Below, one piece after another: positions 63,471 to 64,000 of a DNA stretch of 64,000 bases (the first letter of the stretch is position 1; each line of letters opens with the position of its first letter). The translations under genes and the position numbers were made by a program. The notes below the pieces were generated by a model. The model saw only the letters and a program-made list of their open reading frames with translations, did no database searches and was not told where the DNA came from. Origin of the DNA: Octopus sinensis (lineage: Eukaryota); contig NC_043002.1 of NCBI RefSeq assembly GCF_006345805.1, positions 83,390,001 through 83,454,000 on the forward strand, written 5' to 3'.

Positions 63471-63839
63471 TCGACCATAAAGGATGTATAATATTGTACA
63501 CTTCAATTAATATACCTACTCTATTGGAAAATATATGAGTGAATTTTTTTCCTGACTTATGGACTCTTAGATCATACACACACACACACACACACACATT
63601 ATATGATGGCTTTGTCACAGAAGGAAAAGACTGTACATGAGTCTTTTCAAGGTCTCTGAGATCAGTTGTAATAAGGGAGGGATTTATCCTTATGCAAGAA
63701 ACCTATACTGAATGTTTGCAGTAGTTGACTCTGATGAAGGCATCCAGGGGCCAAATGGAATAAGTTTGCCAGTGAAGAATAGGAATTGTCTCTTTGAGGA
63801 TTCACGTGGTTTTTGTCCACCAAGGTTTCTCTCATTTGA

Positions 63840-63960
63840 TTTTTGTTGTCAAGAAACTATGGTAGATGACATTTATTTATCCCAAGTTCCACATAGTGGT
63901 ATTGAACCTGAAGCCACATCATTGTGAAGTGAATTCCTTTACCACACAGCCATACCTGTT
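63840..63960 (-). mobile_element. Family A SINE 5' part
   Basis: TTGAACCTGAAGCCAC...ACCACACAGCCATACCTG. Confidence 0.65.
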
Positions 63961-64000
63961 CCTATATTACTTTTTCAGTTGTCTTCTTTCTTTTAGCATA

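Overview
Eukaryotic, AT-rich, repeat-saturated genomic DNA, most likely intronic or intergenic sequence from an octopod cephalopod (Octopus sp.). The taxon is inferred from the recurring tRNA-derived SINE families and the very dense (TA)n/(TACA)n microsatellites, not from a database hit. No intact host protein-coding gene can be recognised: almost all ORFs in the track are microsatellite or SINE read-throughs. Real coding remnants come from mobile elements: an internally deleted Chapaev3 DNA transposon (969-2103); two Penelope-like elements, one an RT fragment followed by a hammerhead-ribozyme-like motif (~5.1-5.6 kb) and one a Neptune-type RT + GIY-YIG copy (8.4-9.9 kb); a multiply deleted Helitron (31.7-33.3 kb); an RTE-BovB-like LINE with C-terminal zinc fingers (39.2-40.8 kb); L1/Tx1 fragments; and other RTE remnants. 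Non-autonomous elements include a Tc1/mariner MITE, piggyBac MITEs, Helitron-type elements and dozens of SINEs from at least four families, which I label A-D. The most notable observations are: (i) a complete, TSD-flanked 398-bp bipartite RTE derivative whose 5' leader folds into a UUCG-capped structure (candidate ribozyme); (ii) hammerhead motifs tied to Penelope remnants; (iii) a tail-to-tail inverted SINE pair that would form a ~230-bp dsRNA; (iv) a CpG-rich promoter-like island at 57.4-57.6 kb with CRE/ETS/NRF1-like motifs and a minus-strand splice donor; (v) three RFX-like GTTGC sites phased exactly 21 bp apart; and (vi) a few candidate small exons. There is one 100-bp assembly gap. I do not see convincing evidence for a new multi-gene system.
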